From Actinomycetota bacterium (GTDB taxonomy: Bacteria; Actinomycetota; Actinomycetes; Streptosporangiales; Streptosporangiaceae), in assembly GCA_027313705.1 (NCBI GenBank), contig DAHVDE010000105.1, positions 30,544 through 94,543 on the forward strand: 64,000 nt of DNA. Reading direction: 5' to 3'. Both the position numbers and the translations under genes were made by a program. Below, one piece after another: positions 1-8,252 of the stretch. Below the pieces are notes generated by a model. That model had not been told where the DNA came from. It made no database searches and saw nothing but the letters and a program-made list of their open reading frames with translations. Each line of letters begins with the position of its first letter. Positions within the stretch are counted from its first letter, which is position 1.

Positions 1-1647
1 TCGCTCGGCGACCGGCAGCCCCGCGGCGATCAGGCATGCTTCCCGGCCCAGTGCCAGCTCACCGGCCGAGGGCTGCGGGGCACCGGCGGAGGTGCCGTGC
101 CCGCGACGCCTGACCGGGACGGCCAGCAGGCCGCTCGCCTGCCACCTGCGGTCGGGCACGCCTTCCGCCATTCGGCGCACCGGAGTTCCAGGCAGCGTGT
201 CCGCGAACTCCTTGGCCACCCGGTAGCCCATCGCCATCACCACAAGGTCGGCGGGGACGGTCATGGGCCGCCCGTCGTAGACCACCGGGCGACGGTCCGG
301 CCGGTCCTGGCCGGTCGGGGCGAGCACCGCCCGCCTGACCCGGCCGCCTTCTCCCTGCAGCCTGATCAGGGTGGTGAGGAAGCGCACATCAACGCCCTCC
401 GCCCGCGCCTCCGCCAGTTCGTCGGCCCGCACCGCGGCGAAGCGCGGATCCAGCCACTCCACACAGGTCGCCGTCATGCCCATCCGACGGGCCGAGCGTG
501 CCACGTCCATCGCGGTGTTTCCACCGCCGATCACGAGCACGGCGGGGCTGCGCCGGTCCGTCGAGGCAAGTTCAGGGAAGACCTCCGCCCGGTCACCGCC
601 CTCAAGCACTGCCTTGGCGCGCTGCAGGAACGAGGTGGCGTCGGTGACGCCGCCCAGCTCGGCACCGGGAACCGGCAGCCGCAGCGGTTCGGCGGCGCCG
701 ACCGCAAGCAGCACCGCGTCGTATTCGGCCAGCAAGCCAGGCAGGTCGGCCACGTGGACCGCTGACCCCGCGCGCAACTCCGCCCCGGCGTTGGCGAGCT
801 GGGCGAACGGGCGGGCAGCGATGGCGTCTGGCAGCGTGAAGTCGGGAATACCCCAGCTCATCAGACCGCCGGGCCGCTCGTCCCGGTCATAAATTGTCAC
901 GAACGCCCCGGCCCTGACAAGCTCCCAGGCAGCCGCTGCGCCTGCCGGCCCTGCACCGACTACCGCCACAGACAAGCCTTCCCCAGCGAGGCCGGCTTCG
1001 CCGGGGACACGGCCAGGCGACGGCACGGGCGCCTGGTCACAGACGAACCGCTCGAGGGCACCGATCGCCACCGGCGCCGCGCCCGCCAGCGCCCAGCTGC
1101 AGGCACCCTCGCACTGGACCGACTGGTCACATACCCGCGAACATACATCGGGCAGCATGGAAGTACGGGCAAGCACATCATGCGCGCCCGCCAGGTCGCG
1201 GGCGGCGATGGCGGCGATGAAGCCGGGGATGTCGTTGTGCGCGGGGCAGCCGCGCACGCAGGTCGGGTCAGGGCACTGCAGGCAGCGCGCCGCCTCGGCG
1301 AGCGCCTCATCCCAGTCCGACAGTCCCTGCCTGGTTTCCGCCGTGTCGCCGGCCAGGTTCGCCGGGTGCCGGGTGATGGTACCGGCCCGCGCGCCGGCGA
1401 GAGCCGGCCCGGCGACGACGATGGCCGAGAACGGGCAGGTGCGCTCGCACTGCCGGCAGCCCACGCAGGCGGCGTCGGTCACGGTCACCACCCATCCGGC
1501 CTGATCAAGCGCGATCGCCCCGGTCGGGCAGCGGACCAGGCATTCCTGGCAGCCGGCGCAGCGGTCCGTCAGCACAGTGACATGGCAGTCGGACTGCGCT
1601 GGGGCGATCTCGCGGGTATCGCTGGCGACTGAACCTGTCATGGTCAT
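1..1647 (-). CDS. Ferredoxin-fused GltD-like NAD(P)H/FAD oxidoreductase (glutamate synthase small-subunit family); C-terminus lies beyond the left window edge
   Basis: Reverse-strand reading from ATG at 1647 (AGGAGG 7 nt upstream) gives MTMTGSVASDTREIAPAQSDCHVTVLTDRCAGCQECLVRCPTG...ACVGCRQCERTCPF, two CxxCxxCxxxCP 4Fe-4S motifs. It continues with CLQCPDPTCVRGCPAHNDIP and VAVVGAGPAGAAAAWEL (GxGxxG), as in GltD-like flavoproteins. The frame stays open to position 1. Track ORFs 97..765 and 371..892 (+) are antisense shadows. Confidence 0.8.
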   Translation of the reverse strand, partial: MTMTGSVASDTREIAPAQSDCHVTVLTDRCAGCQECLVRCPTGAIALDQAGWVVTVTDAACVGCRQCERTCPFSAIVVAGPALAGARAGTITRHPANLAGDTAETRQGLSDWDEALAEAARCLQCPDPTCVRGCPAHNDIPGFIAAIAARDLAGAHDVLARTSMLPDVCSRVCDQSVQCEGACSWALAGAAPVAIGALERFVCDQAPVPSPGRVPGEAGLAGEGLSVAVVGAGPAGAAAAWELVRAGAFVTIYDRDERPGGLMSWGIPDFTLPDAIAARPFAQLANAGAELRAGSAVHVADLPGLLAEYDAVLLAVGAAEPLRLPVPGAELGGVTDATSFLQRAKAVLEGGDRAEVFPELASTDRRSPAVLVIGGGNTAMDVARSARRMGMTATCVEWLDPRFAAVRADELAEARAEGVDVRFLTTLIRLQGEGGRVRRAVLAPTGQDRPDRRPVVYDGRPMTVPADLVVMAMGYRVAKEFADTLPGTPVRRMAEGVPDRRWQASGLLAVPVRRRGHGTSAGAPQPSAGELALGREACLIAAGLPVAER

Positions 1648-1659
1648 CGGGGAGCCTCC

Positions 1660-3210
1660 TCAGGTGGCCGCGTGCATGATTACGTACAAGATGGCTGCCA
1701 CAGCGCCAAGGCCAAGGGCCAGGCCGCTGGCGGTGATACGGATGGCGGTACCGCCGCGGCTGATCGGGACGAGTTCGCGCCCGGCGATCCGCCAGCTCGA
1801 CCATGCGGCGGCTAGCGCGCCGACGGTGATCACCGCAACTTGTACCGCCACGATCGCCTGGCCAGATAGCAGGCTGGTGGAGTACAGCGGCGAGCTGGTA
1901 CTCCCGGCACCTGCCAGGTGGCCGACCGAGACAAGCACCCTTGGCGAGTAGTCGAGGAACTTCGGTAGCTGGCGGGCGAAGTAGTCGGCGCCGACCACGG
2001 GGATCAGGCCGTAGGCGAGCGGGGCGAAGAACGCCCGGAACCTCGATGCCCGGGTCTGGAAGCTGCCCGGCCGGTCGAAGGTAAGGTCGGCGCGGCCAAA
2101 GGCGCGCGCGATCAGCCAGGCGATGGCGGCCATCACGAGCGTGAACACGGCGATCAGTCCGATGTAGTCGACCGGGTTCGGGTAGTGCGGGAAGGAGACC
2201 ACTGAATTCAGCCAGTTGTCGACGGTGGCGTAGGCGGTGGTCGCGTTCACCTGCTGGTAAAGGACAAGGCCCCACAGCAGCATGACCCCCCAAGCCACGT
2301 CGGCGCGACGCCGGGACGGAGCGATCACGGAGGTCAGCGGCGCCTGGACGTAAAGGCCGACGTTTCCCGACGGGCAGGCCTTGTAACACTCAGAGCACAA
2401 TCCGCAGGCGAGATTGGAGTCCGCGCTGCCCGGCCAGGTGTACCAGGGACAGCCGTATCCGTTCTCACCACCGCGCATGCAGTCCTTGGTCGCGCAGGTC
2501 AGGCACACCTGGCGGTCCCTGGTGCGGAACCCGGCCACGCTGCCCATCGCCCCTACTGTGCCGATCAGCGCGGACAGCGGGCACACGTAGCGGCAGAAGG
2601 TGCGGCGCTCGAACAGCAGGAAGAAGACGAGTGCGGAAGTCACGATTCCCAGCACCATCCACGCTGTGTCGGCCGGGTTGCCAGGACCCGCGATGTTGAA
2701 GAACTCCTCTATGTAGGTCAGCAGCAAGAAGGCGCCCACCGATATCAGGAAGCCGTAGCCGGCCACGGATTCGGGAAGCTTCCAGCCAAGCCCGAGCGCC
2801 CGCTGCGTCCGCCGCCAGAAGGCCAGCCGCTGCACCCACTCGGCGAAGCCGCCGAACGGGCACATCGCGCACCAGCCGCGCCCTATGACCACCATCATCA
2901 CGAAGACCAGGCAGAACCACAGATACCAGGTGATGGCGGTACCGAAATTCAGGCCAGGCACGACGGTGCCGAACAGGCCGATCAGGATGACCGCCCAGAA
3001 GATGATCTGGTTAGGCAGGATCAGCAGGAACTGGAACTTCCTGCTGCCGACCAGCCGGGCGATCCGGGGGTTGCTGGTCAGGTCCGCGCGGCGGTGCGGA
3101 TCGGTCGCCGCGAAGTGGTCTGCGGCAGATCCGAGTTCAGGTGGGCGTAGCCGGATGGCGACGTCGACCGGGTTGCCCGAGGTCGTGCCCCGGTCGCTGG
3201 CGACTGTCAT
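1660..3210 (-). CDS. Polytopic membrane 4Fe-4S polyferredoxin (NapH/MauN-like)
   Basis: 516-aa ORF with many hydrophobic spans and the Cys motifs CAMCPFGG, CRYVCPLS, CLTCATKDC and CGLCSECYKACP. GGAG lies 6 nt before the ATG. The stop is 12 nt upstream of the next gene start, consistent with an operon with 1..1647. Confidence 0.8.
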   Translation of the reverse strand: MTVASDRGTTSGNPVDVAIRLRPPELGSAADHFAATDPHRRADLTSNPRIARLVGSRKFQFLLILPNQIIFWAVILIGLFGTVVPGLNFGTAITWYLWFCLVFVMMVVIGRGWCAMCPFGGFAEWVQRLAFWRRTQRALGLGWKLPESVAGYGFLISVGAFLLLTYIEEFFNIAGPGNPADTAWMVLGIVTSALVFFLLFERRTFCRYVCPLSALIGTVGAMGSVAGFRTRDRQVCLTCATKDCMRGGENGYGCPWYTWPGSADSNLACGLCSECYKACPSGNVGLYVQAPLTSVIAPSRRRADVAWGVMLLWGLVLYQQVNATTAYATVDNWLNSVVSFPHYPNPVDYIGLIAVFTLVMAAIAWLIARAFGRADLTFDRPGSFQTRASRFRAFFAPLAYGLIPVVGADYFARQLPKFLDYSPRVLVSVGHLAGAGSTSSPLYSTSLLSGQAIVAVQVAVITVGALAAAWSSWRIAGRELVPISRGGTAIRITASGLALGLGAVAAILYVIMHAAT

Positions 3211-3302
3211 GTATAGCTCCTAACTACACCTTTAGTTGCTCGCTCAAGTAATACCGTGGCACTTAACATTCACTTCGTCAAGTACGCAACTACACTTGCC
3301 AC
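3211..3302. promoter_or_regulatory. Divergent promoter/operator spacer between the polyferredoxin operon and the Rrf2 gene
   Basis: 92-nt, visibly AT-richer spacer. It holds inverted repeats AACTA-N6-TAGTT (3222-3237) and CAAGT-N10-ACTTG (3279-3298), and the octamer AACTACAC occurs twice (3222-3229, 3288-3295). These are plausible Rrf2 operator sites. Confidence 0.4.
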
Positions 3303-4229
3303 ATGAACGTGACACTGTCGAAGCGCGGCGGCTACGCGGCGCGCGCGGCTATCTGCCTGGCACGCGCCTACGGCACCGGCCGGCCGAAGAAGCTGCGGGA
3401 GATTTCTGCCGAGATGGACATCCCCCGCACGTTCGTCTCCCAGATCCTCGGAGACTTGGTGCGCGCCGGGATCGCGGTGTCCTCGTTCGGACGTGACGGC
3501 GGGCATCAGCTGGCCCGTCCGCCAGAGGAGATCAGCGTGGCCGACGTGATCGAGGCGGCCGAAGGCCCGCTGGTCTCGGCCAGGTGCGCACTCGGGGACG
3601 GGCCATGCCGCTGGCAGGCGGTCTGCCCGATGCACGAGACGATGACGCATGCGACGATGTCGCTGCGTCAGACCCTGGCCGGCACGACGCTGGCCGAACT
3701 GGCGGAGCGGGACCTGGCGATCGAGGCGGGTACCTACCCGGTGCCCGCCGACGCGCACCCCCACCAGCCGGTGACCAAAGTGGCCGACTCAGTTCAAGTC
3801 GAGATGCCCGCCGAGGCGGTGGGCGGGCGGCTGCGGACGGGCAACGGCTGGCTGACCCGCCACGCCGAGGCGTGTGACGAAGACGAGGCCAAGGTCAGGG
3901 TCGGGCCAGGCGGCCCGGACTGGCTGGGCAAGACGGTGGCCGTACACCTAGGTGAGGCGCAGGGCGACGACCAGACCCTGACGATACCGCTGGTCTGGGA
4001 AGCTACCGGCCCGGCCGGACTGTTCCCCAGGTTCGAGGGAGAGCTGCACCTAGCCGGACTCGACTCCGAACGCGCCGAGCTGAGCCTGACCGGGTACTAC
4101 CGGCCGCCGCTTGGGCGGGCCGGCCTAGCCATGGACGAGACGATCCTGACCCGCGTCGCACGCGCCACCATGCGGTCGTTCTTGCGGCGGGTCGCCGGGG
4201 TGCTCGAGGATGAGCACGGGATCGACTGA
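3303..4229 (+). CDS. Rrf2-family transcriptional regulator with a Cys triad and an extra ~160-aa C-terminal domain
   Basis: N-terminus KRGGYAARAAICLARAY...KLREISAEMDIPRTFVSQILGDLVRAGIAVS is an Rrf2 winged HTH. RCALGDGPCRWQAVCPMH gives C-x6-C-x5-C, like Fe-S-binding Rrf2 proteins. Residues ~150-308 have no counterpart in canonical ~150-aa Rrf2 regulators. Confidence 0.8.
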   Translation: MNVTLSKRGGYAARAAICLARAYGTGRPKKLREISAEMDIPRTFVSQILGDLVRAGIAVSSFGRDGGHQLARPPEEISVADVIEAAEGPLVSARCALGDGPCRWQAVCPMHETMTHATMSLRQTLAGTTLAELAERDLAIEAGTYPVPADAHPHQPVTKVADSVQVEMPAEAVGGRLRTGNGWLTRHAEACDEDEAKVRVGPGGPDWLGKTVAVHLGEAQGDDQTLTIPLVWEATGPAGLFPRFEGELHLAGLDSERAELSLTGYYRPPLGRAGLAMDETILTRVARATMRSFLRRVAGVLEDEHGID

Positions 4230-4328
4230 GAACCTGCTCCGTCTCCTGCCCGTCCTTGGCATCCTTGACCCGGTGCGCTTGTGGGAGCCTAGCCATCGTC
4301 GATAACCGGGCCGAAGAGGGCTCGAAGG

Positions 4329-4690
4329 CTACTGCGCCGGGTTAGGGATCTCGTACTGGTGCTGTTTCGGCGGCGTAAGAAACTGAGCGCCCCTGGCACT
4401 CCACGCGGCATACACGGCATGGATGTCCCTGACCCGGATATTGAGGAAGCTGCTTACCCGGTCAGGATCCCGCGGCGTCTCCAGGGTGACCGAGGGCTTG
4501 TCGTCGGTCGGGCCCCCGCCGACGTTGATGATGATCCAGCTATTGGCTAGGGCGACATAGGTCAGTCGCCGGAGAAGACCACCCTGCCGCCGAGTACTTC
4601 GGTGTAAAAGCGCCGGGAGCGTTCGACGTCGTCAGAGACGATGAAGTGGGCGAGCACGATTCCGTCCGGAGGCGGCGGGAGTTCGGTCAT
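4329..4690 (-). pseudogene. VOC/glyoxalase-family gene interrupted by a frameshift
   Basis: ATG at 4690 (GGAGGTG upstream) reads MTELPPPPDGIVLAHFIVSDDVERSRRFYTEVLGGRVVFSGD then TGA (4563-4565). Family-like sequence resumes in another frame: TYVALANSWIIINVGGGPTDDKPSVTLETPRDPDRVSSFLNIRVRDIHAVYAAWSARGAQFLTPPKQHQYEI... to TAG at 4329-4331. This could also be an assembly indel. Confidence 0.55.
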
Positions 4691-4808
4691 CTGGCACCTC
4701 CGATGGATAGATCCCACGCCTGCCGACGTGACGTAGGCGCCATAGTACTAACAGTGATCAGCCAGCGGCACTAGCTCTGGCCGCATGGCGAGTCCGCGCC
4801 GGTCCGCT

Positions 4809-6416
4809 TCAGGGCTGACTGTCGACGAACGCATAGGCACCGAGGCCCGTATTGGCGTAGTCGCGGTATCCGCCGGCGCTGCACCGGTCGGCAGCGGTGC
4901 AGGAGATCGCGGCGGTCGCCGAGTTCTGGCCGTCACTAAGCGGGAGCGGCTTGATGCCCGGTACCTCGATGGTCTTGCCCCAGGTGTCGTTCACCTCGTT
5001 GACGACGAACGGCTGAGTGTAGACGAAACCGTAGTCGTAGGCGACGCTCAGGTATCCGGCGGCGCCGCAGTTTCCAGGCGATGAGCAGGAGATCTGGTTG
5101 AGCCCGGCTTGATCACCCTGGTTGAGCTTCGGTGTTCCTGGCACGGGGATTGCCTTGCCCCAGATGCCGGCGACCTCGGTGACGAGGAATACCGAACTGG
5201 CCAGTGCGTCGCGCTCGACATTGTCGATGCCGCCGGCCACGCAGTTTCCCGCCGACGGGCAGGTGATCGCGGTGATCCAGTCGCCGTCCGGCCCGTTGAA
5301 GCCGGGGATGCTCGTCGTCACCTCGGTCGCCTTGCCCCACTTGCCGTTGATCTCATCGACCACGAACGAGTCGGCGTTTCCCTGGACCTGGGTGTAACTG
5401 CCACCCGCCGCGCAGTTGCCGCGCGACGGGCAGGACATGACGCTGATCGAGTCTTCCAGGCCGGTGTTGAGCGCAGCCAGGCCAGGCGCTGGCAACGGCT
5501 TGCGGAAATTGCCGTCCACCTCGTTCTGGACGTATGCCTGGTTTCCGGCGTTCTGGCTGCCTGGAGTACCGACCTGGTAGGTGCCCGCGAAAGCGCAGTT
5601 GCGCTCGGATGAGCACGAGAGGGTGCCGAATGTGGCTGTCGTGCCAGGGGTCTGACCTGGCAGGCCGGTCGGGAGCGGAAGTGCCGAGGCGGCGTCCCAG
5701 CGACCGCCGATCTGGATCACGAAGAACGGATGGCTAGCTCCTCGGGCATCGGTGTAGTACCCGGCAAGGGTGCAATTCCCGGCGGAGGGACACTTCAGGT
5801 CGGTGATCGACGCGTCCTGGCCGAGGTCAAGTCTTCCGAGCCCGCGCACCCAGGTGATCTTCATCCAGGTCCCGTGTACCTGATTGGCGATGAAAGCCTG
5901 ATGATGCCCGGCCGCGTCGGTATAGGTCCCCGCGATAATGCAATTGCCCAAGGTGTAGCAGGCGATCCCGGCAGCAGAAGATGCTGGCCGGCTGGTGCGG
6001 GCCAGGCTAGGCAGCGCCGCCGGCTTACCCCAGCGACCGCGAACCTCGCTCACCACGAACACCCGGCCGCCATCATAGGATCCGACGGCGCCGCAGTTGC
6101 CAGGCGCGGTGCAGGAGATCGCCGAGATCGAACTGCCGCCAGCTCTCGCCAGGCCGCCGAGCGTCACCGCCTCGCCCCACCCGGTGGCCGTCCGGCCTGA
6201 ACCGGCGGCAGCATGCGCTCCTTCAGCACCGAAGCCACTAGCTGCCAGCAGCCCCGCCACCGCAATGACACTCAGGATCCACGGCCTAATGCTTCCCGCC
6301 ACCCGGCACCTCCCGCGCTTGGATATATCAGCCTTCTCCTGACCGACGCGCGGGGCGCCAAGCCGGTTTACGGCGGTCGTTCCTCGTGTGCGCTGCCGGA
6401 GGAGGCGCCGAAGCAA
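4809..6416 (-). CDS. Secreted protein built from eight ~55-60-aa repeats, each with a C-x3-G-N-C Cys pair (propeller-like)
   Basis: 535-aa ORF with a hydrophobic signal-like segment (ILSVIAVAGLLAASGFGAEGAHA). Eight repeats are centred on SCTAPGNCGAVGSY, ACYTLGNCIIAGTY, KCPSAGNCTLAGYY, SCSSERNCAFAGTY, SCPSRGNCAAGGSY, TCPSAGNCVAGG, SCSSPGNCGAAGY and SCTAADRCSAGGY. The start is uncertain; an internal GTG at ...RVAGSIRPW is possible. Confidence 0.75.
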   Translation of the reverse strand: MLRRLLRQRTRGTTAVNRLGAPRVGQEKADISKRGRCRVAGSIRPWILSVIAVAGLLAASGFGAEGAHAAAGSGRTATGWGEAVTLGGLARAGGSSISAISCTAPGNCGAVGSYDGGRVFVVSEVRGRWGKPAALPSLARTSRPASSAAGIACYTLGNCIIAGTYTDAAGHHQAFIANQVHGTWMKITWVRGLGRLDLGQDASITDLKCPSAGNCTLAGYYTDARGASHPFFVIQIGGRWDAASALPLPTGLPGQTPGTTATFGTLSCSSERNCAFAGTYQVGTPGSQNAGNQAYVQNEVDGNFRKPLPAPGLAALNTGLEDSISVMSCPSRGNCAAGGSYTQVQGNADSFVVDEINGKWGKATEVTTSIPGFNGPDGDWITAITCPSAGNCVAGGIDNVERDALASSVFLVTEVAGIWGKAIPVPGTPKLNQGDQAGLNQISCSSPGNCGAAGYLSVAYDYGFVYTQPFVVNEVNDTWGKTIEVPGIKPLPLSDGQNSATAAISCTAADRCSAGGYRDYANTGLGAYAFVDSQP

Positions 6417-6483
6417 GAGGAGTCTTGGGATGAGGCGGGCGGATCCACCCGGTCATCACATCAAGGAGAGGACGCCGTGGCCG

Positions 6484-6843
6484 TCAGGCCGACTGCCCGG
6501 GGTCGGGGTCGGGGTCGGGGGCGAGCAGCCATGTCACGGCCTGGGCGGCTGACCAGCCCTGTGGATGGTCCTGGAGCATTGCGCGCACGCCGTCGAGGTT
6601 GGATCCGAGCGTGACCAGCGGGTCCTCGGTGTAGCCGGTGGCGCGGCGGGTCTGGCCGAGGCCGGCGCTTGCCAGCAGCGCGTTGCACAGGCATGTCCGG
6701 TTCTCTGTGTCCGCGGCTTCGCCGCCCTTGCGGAGGTACATGTGGACGGGGCGCAGTTCAGCGTTAACCAAGGTCACTGCGCTCATCCGGTCACCGCGCC
6801 CGCAGTCGCGGCACTGGCCGTGGTGGCAAGCACCCTCTCGCAC
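6484..6843 (-). pseudogene. Probable C-terminal remnant of a nitronate monooxygenase/2-nitropropane dioxygenase-like flavoprotein
   Basis: Only ~90 aa (…MYLRKGGEAADTENRTCLCNALLASAGLGQTRRATGYTEDPLVTLGSNLDGVRAML…) resemble, from memory, the C-terminal segment of long NMO-family proteins. No upstream TIM-barrel part is present. The ORF ends in a PDPDPDPG tail encoded by a (GACCCN) repeat. The family assignment is tentative. Confidence 0.35.
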
Positions 6844-6975
6844 AGCGTCGCGGCGAACAGGTGAATGGCGACATTGCGCGGCAGCCGGAGCCCGGCCAGT
6901 TCGGCCATGCGCACCGCGGGAACGCGCACTAGCCAGATTCTGCCCGGCACGCCTTGCTGCACATGGTGCGGATAG

Positions 6976-7497
6976 TGCATTACCGGTGACGTCAGCGCCA
7001 ATTGCTCACCGAAGGCCGCCGATGACGCCCAGAAATCCGAGACTCGCAGCGGCTCAAAGTCTACTGAGCCATCCGAGAAATGCAGAGCTATCTCGTCCAG
7101 GAACCAGCAGCGAGATCGGCTGGATCTCGCGGTAGTTGACCGAACCGCTAACCAGTGCGTCGGGGAGGCGGTACTCAACGACTGGGACGCCGGAAATAGC
7201 AGTTGCAGCTTCCGCATCCTCCTCGGGTCGATGGGACGTGACCGCGGATTCGGCACTGAGTCGGTACGGCTGATCGTCGGATATGGCTTTGAACAACTGC
7301 GCTTGCACCGAATCTCGCTTGAGGTGTACGCCTTCAACCCTCGGGCCAGGCACGTGTACGACAAGACCGGCTTCGTGGCGGAGGGTGTCCTGCGCCACGC
7401 ACTCCGCTGGGACGACCGGTGGATCGACGCCACCGTGATGTCGATCCTCGCCCCTGAGTGGAGCCGCCACCAAGGCTATCCGGAGGGGTACAACTAG
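6976..7497 (+). pseudogene. GNAT (RimJ/RimL-like) N-acetyltransferase with a degraded N-terminus
   Basis: One frame reads ...RLDLAVVDRTANQCVGEAVLNDWDAGNSSCSFRILLGSMGRDRGFGTESVRLIVGYGFEQLRLHRISLEVYAFNPRARHVYDKTGFVAEGVLRHALRWDDRWIDATVMSIL (GNAT core). There is no ATG/GTG/TTG in frame between the stop at 6973-6975 and ATG 7231. N-terminal-like pieces (MVRIVHYR, PVTSAPIAH, PEIRDSQRL) lie in other frames. Confidence 0.5.
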
Positions 7498-7604
7498 CAG
7501 GTACGTATGGTGAGGGCTTACGACGGCCTTGCCGCCGCAGCCTCCTGCCGCCCTGCCGCCCTGTTCATCTGGCTGCGCTATGGCCGCAGGGTACCGTTCT
7601 TATC

Positions 7605-8114
7605 ATGCAGACCTGGGAAGCCATCACATCCCGACGCAACGTCCGGTCGTATAGCGGCCAGCCGATCGCGACCGCCGATCTCGATCAGATTCTCGAGGCC
7701 GGGCGACGGGCGCCGTCATCACAGAACTGGCAGCCATGGGCCTTCATCGTGGTCACGGAACCAGGCAAACTTGGCGAACTGGCGAAGGTCTGGCGCGGTG
7801 CCGGTCATGTGGCCGGATCAGCGGCGACGATCGTCGTACTCGCTCCTACTAGCGACAATACATATCAGCGGGCGCAATTTGACCTCGGTCAGGCAGTCAT
7901 GGCCATGGCCATTGCCGCCGCCGATCTCGGTATCGGGAGCTGCCATTCAGGCGTGCAGGACATAGAACTGGCGCGCCAACTGCTCGGCTTTCCTGACGAC
8001 CGCGACTGGGCCTTCCTGCTTTCACTCGGCTATCCGGCCGGCCGGCCGCTGGCCACCATCAAGAACCCAGATCGCCGCCCCTTCGAAGAAGTGGTGCACC
8101 GCGAGCACTGGTAA
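7605..8114 (+). CDS. Nitroreductase-family protein
   Basis: ATG 7605 gives MQTWEAITSRRNVRSYSGQPIATADLDQILEAGRRAPSSQNWQPWAFIVV..., the classic nitroreductase N-terminus. The ORF-track start at 7458 adds an implausible Pro/Arg-rich leader. Confidence 0.85.
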   Translation: MQTWEAITSRRNVRSYSGQPIATADLDQILEAGRRAPSSQNWQPWAFIVVTEPGKLGELAKVWRGAGHVAGSAATIVVLAPTSDNTYQRAQFDLGQAVMAMAIAAADLGIGSCHSGVQDIELARQLLGFPDDRDWAFLLSLGYPAGRPLATIKNPDRRPFEEVVHREHW

Positions 8115-8252
8115 CCCCCACGAACCCACAACGTGCGCACCCCAACACCCACACCGCCACAACGTGCGGCCCCAACACCCACACCGCCACAACGTGGGCT
8201 CTGGCCTGCGGGGGGCGGGGGCGGGAGCCGGAGCGGGTGGGCGGGGCGGGGG
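8115..8252. repeat. Dispersed intergenic repeat, locus A (CCACAACGTG core x3 plus a G-run tail)
   Basis: Core copies lie at 8125-8135, 8156-8166 and 8186-8198. A 27-nt unit, ccccaacacccacaccgccacaacgtg, is duplicated exactly at 8140-8166 and 8170-8196 (period 30). It is followed by G-runs ending ...gggcggggcgggggttaggggg. The same core and tail recur at 29971-30302 and 62017-62145. Confidence 0.75.

Noticed and set aside
6783-7433. 216-aa minus-strand ORF whose distal part (…WFLDEIALHFSDGSVDFEPLRVSDFW…) looks protein-like
   Set aside because: It shares wobble positions with the GNAT frame on the plus strand, so composition cannot discriminate between them. Its first half is antisense to unmistakable GNAT sequence, and I recognise no family. 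It cannot be fully excluded for 6850-7110.
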